This document shows, one piece after another, positions 17,203-27,765 of a stretch of 45,261 nucleotides of DNA. Source of the stretch: a bacterium (GTDB lineage: Bacteria; Margulisbacteria; Marinamargulisbacteria; SXXA01); assembly GCA_018402095.1 (NCBI GenBank), contig JAGYJO010000001.1, positions 1-45,261 on the forward strand, read 5' to 3'. Position numbers and translations under genes: made by a program. Each line of letters starts with the position of its first letter. Position 1 is the stretch's first letter. Under the pieces are notes generated by a model. It did no database searches. It saw only the letters and a program-made list of their open reading frames with translations, and was not told where the DNA came from.

Positions 17203-17246
17203 ATAGCCCTTTCAAAAAAAAAACACTTTCTCGCCGAAGGCGAGAA
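17203..17246 (-). terminator. Family A REP copy placed as a terminator for the minus-strand gene ending at 17248.
   Basis: The minus strand reads ttctcgccttcggcgagaa followed 4 nt later by a run of 10 T. It lies between convergent genes (vapC stop at 17198, GT9-remnant stop at 17248). Confidence 0.5.
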
Positions 17247-17247
17247 C

Positions 17248-18850
17248 TCAAAGTATTGCTGTTGCCGTGGGCTTAAACGTGTTGTGGTACAGGTCCGTGA
17301 GGGTATCTATCTCCGTGGCTATGGCGGGTGTCCACACAGGGGGGACGTACATGCCCAGCGCCGCGATTTGACGGAGTAGTGCCCATCCCCATGGTTTGTG
17401 TTGGCTGTGGATGACGCAGAGATCATGGGCCCAGATGCGTTGTAGGAGGGCCAGTGGTGAGCGTGGTGTGCGGAGTACCCAGACTTTGAACCCAGATTTT
17501 TTGAGAAAATCATAGAACGCTTGGTAATGCAGCCTCTCGGCATCATTATGGATGAGGATGCCAATGTGGAGGCTGCTAGGCATGAGGGAGCCCACCCCCA
17601 ACCCTTCATGAATCTGCCTTTGGGCAGATCCAGCCGGGCAGCCTACATCTCTGCCGAACCAGCCTACCCGGCAGGTTCTTTTCCTCCTTGCAGTCGGCGA
17701 GATTCCGGTTACGTCGCAAAGCCGACTCACCTCCCAGGAGGGGCTTTTTTTATTGTCGAGGGTTTCGTGTGCCTGTGGCAGACTCACCCTCGAGCTCCCA
17801 GGTTTTGGTAGGGGTGGGACAGTCATCAGCGATACCAATGCCTCAAACGCTTGTTCGATGGCAATTGCATCGAGACATGTCGTCACTGGGCATTTGTAGG
17901 GACGACACACCAGGTCTTTTTTGCTCGTCTGTTCGCTGGCGATCATCAATCCGGGTTTCCCAAGGACCCCAGCGCAGTGATTGGCTCAGATTTTGTTGGG
18001 GAGATACAGAGAACCGGTCGCTTCAATGCTGCTGCGATATGGGTGGGGCCTGTATCTGCCGCCGATCCTAACGCTATCATTTTGTCCGATAGGGGCCATG
18101 GGGGTGCGTAGTGATGTTTGGTTTACGGTGGATATCACACGTGTCTTGTCTGCTGACGCTGCGCTGGCGGCTGGGATCTCCGGCGACTTTCTTTGCTTCG
18201 TTTTTGCCCGCGCCGGTGAGGACGACTTGCAAGGTGGTTTTGTCAAAATCATGGTGTCGTACAGCATGTTGGTCACGAGACCATAGGCGATTGCCGCCAC
18301 CGGATGCAGGGTGGATGATGATAAAGTCGGAACCTATGCCGAGCGTCGTCTCAGGCGTCGTAGCGGCCTCGCGATCGTCATGAGAGATAGAAGTCCACGC
18401 CAGTGAGACAAAGGCTGCTGTGTCTGAACGCCATTAACGGTTAGCCATTTGTTTCATTCCCATAGCGCATAACGTTACGATAATCGAGTGAGATGGGGTG
18501 GGCAGCCATGGGCGCAACAATACTTTTTGGCCATCGCCGATACGAATGGGAATGCCAGCCGCCCACATGAGTCGGGCATGGTAGGGCTCAGATAAGGCAT
18601 AGTGACGTCAGAGCGCTGGCTGCGCAACTCCCCTTGGCAGCCTGACGAAATCCCCGAAACCTGCTGGCCTCTCCTGACTTTTTGCGGTCAATACCAGGAC
18701 GCTGGTGATCGCTGGGTGATGGGCCAGTAGTGGGGCTATGTGGCCTTGTTGGAGGTGTGGATTTCCGGCGTGGGGTAGTGGTGTTTGAGCGTGTTGATGA
18801 GGGGGATCCTGGGGACCCATGTCTCCGGCCAATGGCGCGTCAGGGCGGAG
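17248..18850 (-). pseudogene. Second GT9 (heptosyltransferase-family) glycosyltransferase, decayed. Tandem paralog of 18940..20403.
   Basis: GT9 motifs are scattered over three frames: LGDM..IPLINTLKHHYPTPEIH, APLLAHHPAITSVLVL, IPIRIGDGQK, FIIIHPASGGGNRLW, VVLTGAGKNE, VNQTSLR..MAPIGQNDS, AADTGPTHIAAALKRPVLCISP, WGPW. The C-terminal extension LHIGILIHND...FKVWVLR parallels the extension of the intact paralog. A repeat element is inserted at 17585..17800. Confidence 0.7.
17585..17800. repeat. Family C element (reverse orientation), inserted in the GT9 remnant and read through in frame by ORF 17248..17949.
   Basis: It contains the reverse complement of the cores shared with 28750..29035 and 37638..37913: ggctttgcgacgtaaccggaatc and gctgaatctgcc.aaggcagat. 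Confidence 0.75.
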
Positions 18851-18856
18851 GGTGAA

Positions 18857-18890
18857 AGTAGTTTCAAAGGCAAAGCCCTTTGAAACTACT
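18857..18890 (-). terminator. Perfect 14-bp stem hairpin ~50 nt downstream of the GT9 stop.
   Basis: agtagtttcaaagg caaagc cctttgaaactact. No T-run follows on the minus strand, so terminator function is uncertain. It may be a REP relative instead. Confidence 0.35.
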
Positions 18891-18939
18891 ACTGACCCAC
18901 ACAGGCTTGACCCCAGGCCCCCGATTGCTGAAACGTCGA

Positions 18940-20403
18940 TCACGCCCACAGCTTCCGATACAGAGACATCAATTGTTTGAGGGATGTCTCTGGCAAAATG
19001 CCGGCTTTGACCCACAACGGGCTCGGGTACTTGTACCAAACACCCATGATGAGACGGACCAATCGCATCACAGACCCCGATATGAAGGGGCCATGAATGA
19101 CGTTGATGTTCCGTGCTTTGATGATTTTGACGAGCAAAAAAGCATCTTTGAGAGAGGTGGTTTTGGAATAGAGGACCCAACTTTGGACATCTTGTTTGGC
19201 CAGCGCCTCTCTGGTGTGATTGGCGATTTCCCATTCGGTGACACTGTGGCAGACGATGAGAATTCGGAGTGTGTGTTTGAAACGGACTTGGGCGCTTTCG
19301 GCGGGGGTCCAGAGGAGATGTGGGTGTAATTGCTCACGGAGGTTGCAGAGCTCGGCATAGAGACGGTCTCCGGTCAAAAAGTCAAAACAGCTGCTCCGGC
19401 AACCGTCTGTCGCACAAAATCTGGGGCATGTGTATTCCTCACGGATGATACGAAATGCAGTGCTGAGAGGCCCCCAATAGGCTGGGGGGTTGGGTTTGAC
19501 TGGTGAAAAGAACACAATGGGTTTGCCCATCATGGAGGCTATTTGTGTGGGCCCCGTGTCGGGTCCGACATAGATGTCGGATTGGCGTACCCATGCGATG
19601 AGCTCGGGTAGATTGGTTTTTCCGATGAGATTGGTCACGTTTTCTTGTGTCAGTGACATGAGTGCGGGTGTTGCCGCCTGACCACAGAGAAAAATGCGGT
19701 ACTGATTGTTTTGGGTGAGTAATGTGATAAACCGCAAAATAGCAGATTCTGGAATCGGAAAATTGGTGCCACCTGTACCCACGAAAATAGCGACCCGAAT
19801 GCGTGGATCCCTGTTTCTGTCGCCAGCGGTGATATCAATGCGATGCTCGATGCTAGGGTGGCCATGTACGCCAACGGATATGGGGTATTTCGGTGGCCAG
19901 GACTTTGTCGTCAATGCGGTATTTGGCGTGGGTGTTGTGGCCAAGTTTTGGCGGTGTTTGTTTACCAATGGACTGAGCAAGGACAGATTGAAGGATGACC
20001 AATGGGTAGTCATGTTGGCCCAGTTTTGGCGAACAGAATGGGTATAGAGCCACCGCAAACTGGGGTTGCTGGCATCGCCGATCCGAAGTGGGATACCTGC
20101 GAGTTTGCCGACCCATGCCATTTCGGGATTGTTCCAGACAGAGAGGTAGAGGGTGTAGTTTTCTGCTTTGAGTATTTTTGATAATTGCCATAGGGAGGAG
20201 AGCCCTTGGCCGACGCTGTAGGTATGTACTTTGCGAATGTCGGGGTGGAGACTGAGTATTTCAGCGCCAACGGGAGAGGTGAGCGCGTGAATTTCTGCGG
20301 TTGGATAGAGCTCTCTCAGTGCGGCGACCATGGGGAGGATGAGGACGGTGTCGCCGAGTTTGTCACAGCGTTGTAAGAGTATTTTGTGAGGGCGCTGGTT
20401 CAC
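18940..20403 (-). CDS. GT9-family glycosyltransferase (heptosyltransferase-like) with an extra ~140-aa C-terminal domain.
   Basis: I prefer the GTG at 20403, which overlaps the GNAT stop as GTGA, giving MNQRPHKILLQRCDKLGDTVLILPMVAALRELYP.... The nucleotide-sugar motif is GPDTGPTQIASMMGKPIVFFSP...YWGP. The upstream 81 codons of the track ORF (to 20646) overlap the GNAT gene. Confidence 0.75.
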   Translation of the reverse strand: MNQRPHKILLQRCDKLGDTVLILPMVAALRELYPTAEIHALTSPVGAEILSLHPDIRKVHTYSVGQGLSSLWQLSKILKAENYTLYLSVWNNPEMAWVGKLAGIPLRIGDASNPSLRWLYTHSVRQNWANMTTHWSSFNLSLLSPLVNKHRQNLATTPTPNTALTTKSWPPKYPISVGVHGHPSIEHRIDITAGDRNRDPRIRVAIFVGTGGTNFPIPESAILRFITLLTQNNQYRIFLCGQAATPALMSLTQENVTNLIGKTNLPELIAWVRQSDIYVGPDTGPTQIASMMGKPIVFFSPVKPNPPAYWGPLSTAFRIIREEYTCPRFCATDGCRSSCFDFLTGDRLYAELCNLREQLHPHLLWTPAESAQVRFKHTLRILIVCHSVTEWEIANHTREALAKQDVQSWVLYSKTTSLKDAFLLVKIIKARNINVIHGPFISGSVMRLVRLIMGVWYKYPSPLWVKAGILPETSLKQLMSLYRKLWA

Positions 20404-21314
20404 AAACGGAACTCCGAGAAGTGTTCGACTTCGAGAAAATTGAGGTCTTTGTAGAGGTTCATTGCGGTGGTATTGGTGCTGGTGACAGAGAGTCCGACCA
20501 TGGGGTACTTCATGTCTTGGAGGACGGCCAATGTGTATCTCAAGAGGTGTTTGCCATAGCCTTGTCCGTGATAGTCCGGGTGGACACTGATATCGAAAAT
20601 CCAAGGGATTTGGGGCTCTCCCCAGCAGGCAATTCCGACATAGCAAATATAGCCAACAGGTTTGCCTGACACCAAGAGGAGTAAGGTTGCTGGACGTAGG
20701 ACGGGTCCGTAGAGTTCGCCAAAGACGGCGGCTTCGAGATCTGTTCTGTTTTTGGGGTTTTCCAGATCGGCATAGCCAGGGTAGTCCTGACTTTGTTTGT
20801 GACCGGCGGCGCTGATCTCACCGACGATGTCAAAGACATCACTGTCAACGGGGCGAAAACTGATGTCGCTGCGCCATCTGGGATAAGATACGGGTGTGTC
20901 GAGGTAGCGTACCAGTCGTTGGCGAGGGAGTTCTTGGATGTTTTTTTCTAGGAAAATTTTGCGAAAAGGATTGTTGGGATAATACTGGATGAGCTCCATA
21001 AAGCTGCCACTACAAAGCGGGTGTTGGGTGGCAGCATCTGTCAGTGCTTCGATGGCGTCTATGTCATCTTCTCTGAGTGCATGGCAGATAAAATTGCCAT
21101 AGCTCGCAGTGCTTTTTTCGATGATGGCCATACAAACAGGGTGATCATCTCTGTAGCCAATGATGGTGACGAGGGTGATGTCGAGGTTGAGATATTTTGC
21201 GAGAATAGCGTCTTTGATACTATCGTTTTCGTACTCAGTGATACAGATGTTGTGAATAGACTCGATGAGCACATCACGGTCTTGGGCCGGGGCATCTGTT
21301 TTGAATGTAATCAT
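20400..21314 (-). CDS. GNAT-family N-acetyltransferase.
   Basis: I prefer the ATG at 21314 (MITFKTDAPAQ...). The first 44 codons of the track ORF are made of a family D repeat. The C-terminal half has the GNAT core: GKPVGYICYVG...ISVHPDYHGQGYGKHLLRYTL...GLSVTSTNTTAMNLYKDLNF. Confidence 0.75.
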   Translation of the reverse strand: MITFKTDAPAQDRDVLIESIHNICITEYENDSIKDAILAKYLNLDITLVTIIGYRDDHPVCMAIIEKSTASYGNFICHALREDDIDAIEALTDAATQHPLCSGSFMELIQYYPNNPFRKIFLEKNIQELPRQRLVRYLDTPVSYPRWRSDISFRPVDSDVFDIVGEISAAGHKQSQDYPGYADLENPKNRTDLEAAVFGELYGPVLRPATLLLLVSGKPVGYICYVGIACWGEPQIPWIFDISVHPDYHGQGYGKHLLRYTLAVLQDMKYPMVGLSVTSTNTTAMNLYKDLNFLEVEHFSEFRL

Positions 21315-21398
21315 GCCTGAAAGGTAGCACATAGCGGCGATGTTGCAGAAATAGGTTCTGCTGCGACATACCCCATGGCATCGCGACCTTTTTGGAGT

Positions 21399-21478
21399 GG
21401 GGGCTTGGGGGACGCTAGTTTCAAAACAAACAAACTTGCTCGCCAAAGGCGAGCAAGAAAAAGTCTCAAAGGCTTCTG
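21399..21478. repeat. Hairpin-train REP-like element (family D).
   Basis: ggggcttgggggacgctag..caaaac..cttgctcgccaaaggcgagcaag aaaaagtctcaaaggcttctg. On the minus strand the central hairpin is followed by tttgtttgtttt. Confidence 0.65.
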
Positions 21479-21521
21479 TTTCTGGGATTTCGATGTAAGC
21501 ACTTCCTAGACGGGGGGTGCT

Positions 21522-21630
21522 GGGGCGACACTTCGGCTGCGCTCAGTGACCCAAAAACACCGAAAAAGATATTCTGCCTGCGCTTTGCTGAGCGAAATAT
21601 AGATTAAAGGGCTGACGCCTTTTAAATCCC
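21522..21630. repeat. Partial family C element (5' module only).
   Basis: ggggcgacacttcggctgcgctcagtgacccaaaaacaccgaaaaag...attaaagggct matches 37638-37735 (ggggcgacactttggctgcgctcagtgaccctaaaaccccgaaaaac...attaaagggct). Confidence 0.65.
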
Positions 21631-22008
21631 TGTTAAGCCTCCTGGCGTAGGAAGTGGTTACATTTAGATCTCTCTACACATTGTGAATTGCGACAGGGGT
21701 CCCTGAGGTCCTAATTTGATTTCGTGTTGGTATCTTGCGGTGACTGGTTGTCTTCCTGGTCATCGTTATCCTGAGGGCCTGCTACCGCATAGTCATCTTC
21801 TCGTCGCTCAGGACCCGACGAAGCAGTGGTAGCTGCCGGCGCCTACTGCGAGACCTATGATGATGCGATCGCAAGTCCTGTGAAGAGACTACTGGTATCA
21901 CTTTCTGCGGCACTTGATGCAGAGGGGTTTGTGCTGTTGCCGGTATTCGCGTGATCGTCGTTTTGAGTGTCGATGGTGATGTTGTTTGTGTTGAATTGTC
22001 GATACTTT

Positions 22009-22374
22009 TCAAACAATGCCCAAAACCAATGATGTGATACTCAATAGAGTGCTGGTCGTGGGGAGTCCGTAGTCTTTGAAATAGGTGCCTTTTGTCTCTG
22101 CGGGTATGGTGCTTGTGACTGCATCGGACAGGGCTTTTAATTGTTTTCTGGTTTGGTCTCCGGAATTCTGAATGGCAGCTGTGATACCTGCGACATCGGT
22201 AGCTGTGGGGAGTTTTGGATTGTTTTCTGTCCAGGTAGAGAGTGCTGTGAGTGCTTGTTCGAGCTTAGCGTCTGACGCGGGGTTGGCGATGGGTGTTTTG
22301 AGTGTCTCGATCAGTGTTGCGAATTGTTGGTCACTGAATGTGATGGTTGTGGCGACTTGTTTGTGGTGTTTCAT
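22009..22374 (-). CDS. Hypothetical protein with a C-terminal hydrophobic segment.
   Basis: 121-aa ORF with no recognisable motif. The downstream 21700-22010 shows coding-like stretches in other frames, including an acidic tail (...EDDYAVAGPQDNDDQEDNQSPQD). The gene may therefore be a truncated remnant. Confidence 0.4.
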   Translation of the reverse strand: MKHHKQVATTITFSDQQFATLIETLKTPIANPASDAKLEQALTALSTWTENNPKLPTATDVAGITAAIQNSGDQTRKQLKALSDAVTSTIPAETKGTYFKDYGLPTTSTLLSITSLVLGIV

Positions 22375-22448
22375 AGCGGGGTAGGCCTTTCTGGAGGTGT
22401 TTGGTGATTTTGGTATTGGGCGGTGGTAGGAGATTTAAAGGGCAACGC

Positions 22449-22796
22449 TTAGTGAATCGCTTCCAAATGGGCTTGGTTGATACCATTAATAGCGGTGATG
22501 CCGTGATTTTTGAGTTGTTTGACGGCTTGTCCGCTGCGGTTGCCACTACGGCAATACACAATCAACAGCTTGTCTGTCTTGAAGGCATCGATACGGGAGG
22601 GTACTTCGGATAGGGGAATGTTGATGGCGTCTTTGAAATGGCCAGCTGCAAATTCAGCGGGTGTACGGACATCGACGATCATCGCCGTTTGGAGTTGTTG
22701 GAGAGAGAGGGGTTCTCGCTTTTTTGGCATAAATAGGGTGATGACGAGGTAGGCTGTGAACGCGATGAGGGCAACTGTGATCGTTGATTTGAACAT
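22449..22796 (-). CDS. Membrane-anchored single-domain rhodanese (sulfurtransferase-like).
   Basis: N-terminal TM segment (ITVALIAFTAYLVITLF), IVDVRTPAEFAAGHFKDAINIP, and the active-site loop YCRSGNRS. Confidence 0.8.
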   Translation of the reverse strand: MFKSTITVALIAFTAYLVITLFMPKKREPLSLQQLQTAMIVDVRTPAEFAAGHFKDAINIPLSEVPSRIDAFKTDKLLIVYCRSGNRSGQAVKQLKNHGITAINGINQAHLEAIH

Positions 22797-22861
22797 AGGG
22801 GGCTCCTGTTATTGATAGTAGGGGTAGATGATAACACGCTGTCTACTAAACGTGAGCCCCT

Positions 22862-25028
22862 CTATAGTGACGTCCGCGAAGCCAATACCAAATACACGCT
22901 GTCATAGCCAATTTCAGGGGGGAGTTCGCGTTTGATAGCACCGACGGCAGTGGTGTTGAGCCTATCGATGACGGCATTGATTTGGGCGGACTCTTCTGGG
23001 TTCACCCATGCACTACAATCAATGGCTTCACCTTGTTGAATCAAGGCCAAAATGTGACCCGTTATGGTAGATTTGGCCAGGCCACGAATCTGGGCGATTT
23101 CGTCCAAATCGTTGGTGGTTTGCAAGAGTCGAAAGGTTTCGCTCATCGATTCGTTGCGACTGGATTTTTTGGGTTTTGGTGCAGGTTTTGTGTTTTGTGC
23201 CGTTTTCGCGATTTCGGCCAGGCCATGGGTTTGGCAATAATCTTCGATTTTGGCCACAAAGGGCTCCCCATACTTGGCCCATTTTTGAGGACCGACACCA
23301 TTGATATCGCAAAACCGTGTTTCGGATTGGGGAAAATAGGTTGCCATTTCGATGAGACTGCGGTCGGGGAAAATGACATAGGGAGGAACGCCTTCGAGAT
23401 CTGCCAGTGTTTTTCGGAGGTCACGCAGGGTATCAAATAGGGCGCTGTCATGGCTGGTAACGGCGACCGTTTCTTCTTGGACATGGCGTTGGCGGATGAT
23501 GACCGTTTGTTTGCCGGTGAGGACGTCTCGGGAGTTGGCGGTCAGTGCCAGCGTGGGGTATTCGTTGCCACTGAGCATGAGCAGCTTTTGGTCGATGAGA
23601 CTATGAATCATATGCTTGAGGACGTTTTTGTTGTACTCGGGCATCAGATTGTAAGTAGAGAGTTTGTCGTGACCACGTCCCAATACCTGTTTGCTCTTGG
23701 AGCCACGTAGGACATCGATGACGTAGGCGATGCCAAATGCTTGGTTCAGCCGATACACGCAGGACATGATTTTTTGGGCAGGGATAGTGATATCGACTTC
23801 TTCGAGAACGTCACAACAATTGTCGCAGTAGTCACATTTTTCTTTCTGATAGGTTTCTCCAAAATACTGGAGTAGGTTTTTGCGGCGACAGCTGGTCTGT
23901 GAGCAAAACATACCCATATCGGTGATTTTGCGCTGCATATGACGGCGGATGCTCATATCGGTGATGTCATCGAGAAAACGCAGATGCATCATCTGGTCTT
24001 GGTCGCCATAAAACATGGTGCATTCTGAGGGCAAGCCATCCCGTCCTGCACGCCCGATTTCTTGGTAATATTGCTCGATATTTTTTGGCATATCGGTGTG
24101 GATGACATAGCGAATGTCTGGCTTGTGTATGCCCATGCCAAAGGCGACGGTGGCGACCATGAGTTGGGTGGCATCGGTGATGAATTCCCGTTGCGCAGTG
24201 ATCCTAGCCTGATCTGTCATACCAGCGTGATATTTCGTGACGCGATGTCCTGCTTGGCTGAGAAAGGCATGAATGTCATCGACTTTTTTGCGGGTGCCGA
24301 CGTAGATGATGCCGCTTTCTTTGGGTTTGCTGGCGATAATGGTGGTGAGTTGTTTGTAGAGTTCGTCGCGCTTTGCGATACGGATGAAGAGGTTTTCTCG
24401 GTCAAAGCTGCCCTGTACACGTACAGGGTTCTCCATAGAGAGTTGTTGCTCGATGTCTTTGGCGACATCGGCGGTGGCGGTGGCGGTGAGCGCGGCAATG
24501 GGTTTTTGAAACAGTTTTTTGAGGTGGCCGAGTTGGCGGTATTCGGGACGGAAGGCGTGCCCCCATTGGGAGATACAGTGGGCTTCATCGACCACAAAAA
24601 AAGAAATATCGGCTTCACGCAAGGTCTGAATGAAGTGCTGATCCGAGAGACGTTCGGGTGCAATATAAATGAGTTTGTAGGCGGACAGTGACGATAGAAC
24701 ACCTTGGATATCATAGGGGTCCATGCCGCTGTGGATGCCTGTGGCGGGAATGCCGTTTTGGATGAGGCTATCGACTTGGTCCTGGATCAGCGCGATAGAG
24801 GAGATGACGACAGCGGTGCCGGGCATCATAGCGACCGGTAGCTGATAGCAAGCGACTTTCGGATCCTGTAGGCAACACGGTCATAACATCATAGCCATCA
24901 AAGGCAATCCTTGGATGATGCTTTCCTGGTAAGGACGAGTGTTTGTAGCCAAAATGTTGTTTAGGGAGGGTTTCTGAGGCTTTAGAAAATACCTTACCTG
25001 ATAGGTGTGTTTTTGAGGATAAGAACAT
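22862..25028 (-). pseudogene. recQ: RecQ-family DNA helicase. The body is intact (ORF 22862..24829) but the 5' end, including Walker A, is frameshifted.
   Basis: The intact part shows [23 protein letters not shown], the zinc-binding CRRK..C..CDNC, and a C-terminal HRDC-like region. Upstream, the N-terminus is split over frames: ETLPKQHFGYK / RPYQESIIQG / [14 protein letters not shown] / [28 protein letters not shown]. The expected GSGKSLCYQ needs two separate 1-nt restorations. Confidence 0.75.
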
Positions 25029-25560
25029 TGCAAAGATGCAGCATACGTATAGCCCCAAAGTACCCTCCCGCTCCTATCGTCGCTGTAATTTTTTGGGGTC
25101 CTAAAAATCCTCATTACGCTCAATGTTGATTTTTGAGATAAAAGCCTTCAGCGATCAATGACGGCAGTTCATGGACTGCAAATCCCTTACCTGATACATT
25201 TTGCAACAGATCCTTCCTTGAATCACATTTTTTTTTTGATTGAGGGTTCACCCCTCAAAATCCGAGAATAAAATACCCTACAGAATGATGAGGCCTAAGA
25301 ATAGTTGGGGCAGGAGTTACTTATAAAATAATAGTAACTATCAGCCCCCACTCCAGTGCAAAGCGGTATCAAGAAAACCCCGTGTCAAGAGGCAATTTCA
25401 GGTAGCTTTATTTCACGTGCAAAATATTGCCCATGTATTAGGTGACTGGTATTTGGCTACAAAAGAGTTTTCAAATAAAAGGTATGGCCAAAAGAGGGTC
25501 TTAAAATGAGCGGAGTTACCTCAACTGGGGGTGTTCAAAGTGGTTTGCTATAATGTAGGT

Positions 25561-26985
25561 ATGGAATTAGTAAAGAAGAAGGAACTGAAGAAGCTCAGCA
25601 AGAACCAACTCATAGAGGTCATCTTGTTGCAAGACAAACCAGTTAAACTGCAGCAAGAACAGATTAGAATGCAACAAGAACAAATCAAAACCCAACAGGG
25701 ACTGTGGATCCAGGCAGCACTGGAAGGCAGATAAACTCCTTATAGAAAGGATAATTAAGGACAGGCTCAAAGCCACAAACAGTGATCCCGAATAAGGCAA
25801 ACCAGAGCCAGTCTTTGCACAAGAAAAGCGGAAACGGCCTGGCAGGCAAGCCGGCATCCGAGGAAAACACGTCAGCAGAACCCCCAGATGAAGTGGTCAA
25901 GTGTCGGCCGGCAGATCAATGCTCGGGCTGTGGTGCCGGAGCTGGATATCACCTAATCTGAATGCGTGGAACACATCAAGAAATCGATATTCCACCTATA
26001 AGCATATGTCACAGAATATCAAAATGGGAATCACCTGTCAGTGTGGTCAGCGACATGTGGGTCAGTTTCCAGACCGGCATCACCTGGCCCACCTACAACT
26101 TGCACAACGACTCAAGTCATTCCTGGTATACCTCAATGTTGCTCACGTTCTGCCCTATGCCCGCCTGACACATTGATGAACGATTTGTTTGGTGTACAGA
26201 TCTGCAAACGCAGCATTGAGAACGCCCTTAAGAAACAGCAGCAAAGCGATGCCAGTTTATCATCAGATTATGACCTTAATCAAGCAGGGGTAAAGTGGGT
26301 TGGATCTGATGAAACAGGCTGTCGGGTTGAGGGAAGGCGATGGTGGCAATGGACATGGCAAAGTGATCTTGGGGGCTACTATGCCATCGATCAACGTCGC
26401 GGATACAACGTTGTCAAAACCCATTTTGGTAGAATTATCAAGGCACCCCTGTGCCACGACTGCTGGTCTGCGCACAACAATACTGTTGCCGCAAGTCGGC
26501 CATCGAAAGCAATCACCCCCACATACAACGAATCTCATGTTTTTGGTAAAGACATATAAATGTAATTGGGCCTAGCCGTTGGATAGCACTATTGGCATCC
26601 CAAAGCCCGTGATCCATCTTTTCAAGTTGTGAGATTCAGACGTCTGTGATTCAGGAATATCATCAAACTAGGCTGTTTTAACGTCAAAACAGGACCAATG
26701 ACAGTATTGAAACTTCAAAAGCGGATCATCAAACATCAGGATTCTATTTTACTTTTTATGTCAGACCCAGCACATTCTTTTCCATAGCAACAGCTCCAGA
26801 CTTGGGCATTCCATATCAGCCAAAGGTTAAGCAAAAAATATCGGGTGGCTTTAGAAGTCGGAGGGGCTCAGCGTCATGCTATATTGCTCTCCATTATTGA
26901 AACCGCTAAAAAGCAACGCCTCAATATCTTATCCACTATTCAGGACACCCTCAATCAGTCCCTCGTATTTGCGGGGGCTAGATAG
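25561..26985 (+). mobile_element. IS66-family transposase gene remnant, multiply frameshifted.
   Basis: The motif order fits IS66-type transposases as I recall them:
- N-terminal leucine-zipper-like region: MELVKKKELKKLSKNQLIEVILLQDKPVKLQQEQIRMQQEQIK.
- KRKRPGRQAG..G.
- PDEVVKCRPADQCSGCG.
- GSDETGCRVEGRRWWQWTWQ.
- CHDCWSAHNN.
- C-terminal KVKQKISGGFRSRRGAQRHAILLSIIETAKKQRLNIL.
Many stops and shifts lie between the blocks. Element ends were not found. Confidence 0.7.
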
Positions 26986-27765
26986 TTCTAAATAATATTG
27001 CCTTCATCATTTTTGCGTTGATGCGTTTTTTTTTGGTTGAGTGCACGAAGTACCCATATAGGGCTTCGCCATCCTTGGAGTATGTCCGATTGGTTGCCTT
27101 TGATCTTCCCCTGTTTGTGGATGCTTTACTGAGAGTGAGATCAGATAATTATCAACACAAAATTTGATTTCCTTACAAAGATAGCCTCTTCGTCTGTTTT
27201 TGCAACACAAGATATAAGTCGACCGGTACCTTGGGTATAAAGGTGCAGTATTGCGCTTGATTTATTTTAGTTTTAGATCTGTTTCGGGCAGACCAACCGA
27301 GATACAGATGCTCGCCTTATTTAGTTTTCGTGGTGCGTTTCCGAGGAGCCATGGAGGCCGATAACTACTGAATCCTCTGGAAGACTTTGGCGAGATAGTC
27401 TCCGAGGATGTTTGGGCGACATAATGCTTTGTTTGTTTTGACGATAGTAGACAAGCGGTATTGGTCTGCACAATGGTCAAGAAATCTGACCTTTGGCGCG
27501 ACCCGGTAAACGATGGGCGAGTCGTGTGGCATCATTGAGAATGCGACGTGGATTTATGGATGGCGATGTTGAGTGGGCGAGATCGCCGCTTTGTGTATAC
27601 AACGGTGTGTATGGCATTCGTCGTAGATTGTGATGGGTGTGGGGCGGTTTGTCTGTTGTGCGGCGCGACTGCCGATCGTGTTTTTGTTGCCGGAACAGGA
27701 TGGTGTTGCTAATAGAAACATAGTCATAGGCTCCTCACTAATGCGTTGGTTATTTTATCAACGGA

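Noticed and set aside
20404-20646. N-terminal extensions of track ORFs 18940..20646 and 20400..21446.
   Set aside because: The first 81 codons of the GT9 ORF overlap the GNAT gene. The first 44 codons of the GNAT ORF are composed of a family D repeat. Internal starts (GTG 20403, ATG 21314) give family-typical N-termini.
21700-22012. ORF 21782..22012 (76 aa) as a gene.
   Set aside because: Its translation is low-complexity, S/T/R-rich. It overlaps alternative frames that look like a decayed continuation of 22009..22374, and it has no start context.
27554-27727. A 58-codon minus-strand ORF with a GAGGAG SD sequence and a lipoprotein-like start (MTMFLLATPSCSGN), followed by coding-like DNA in other frames down to ~27260.
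   Set aside because: The lipobox is non-canonical, no family was recognised, and the downstream continuation is frameshifted. It is left unannotated.
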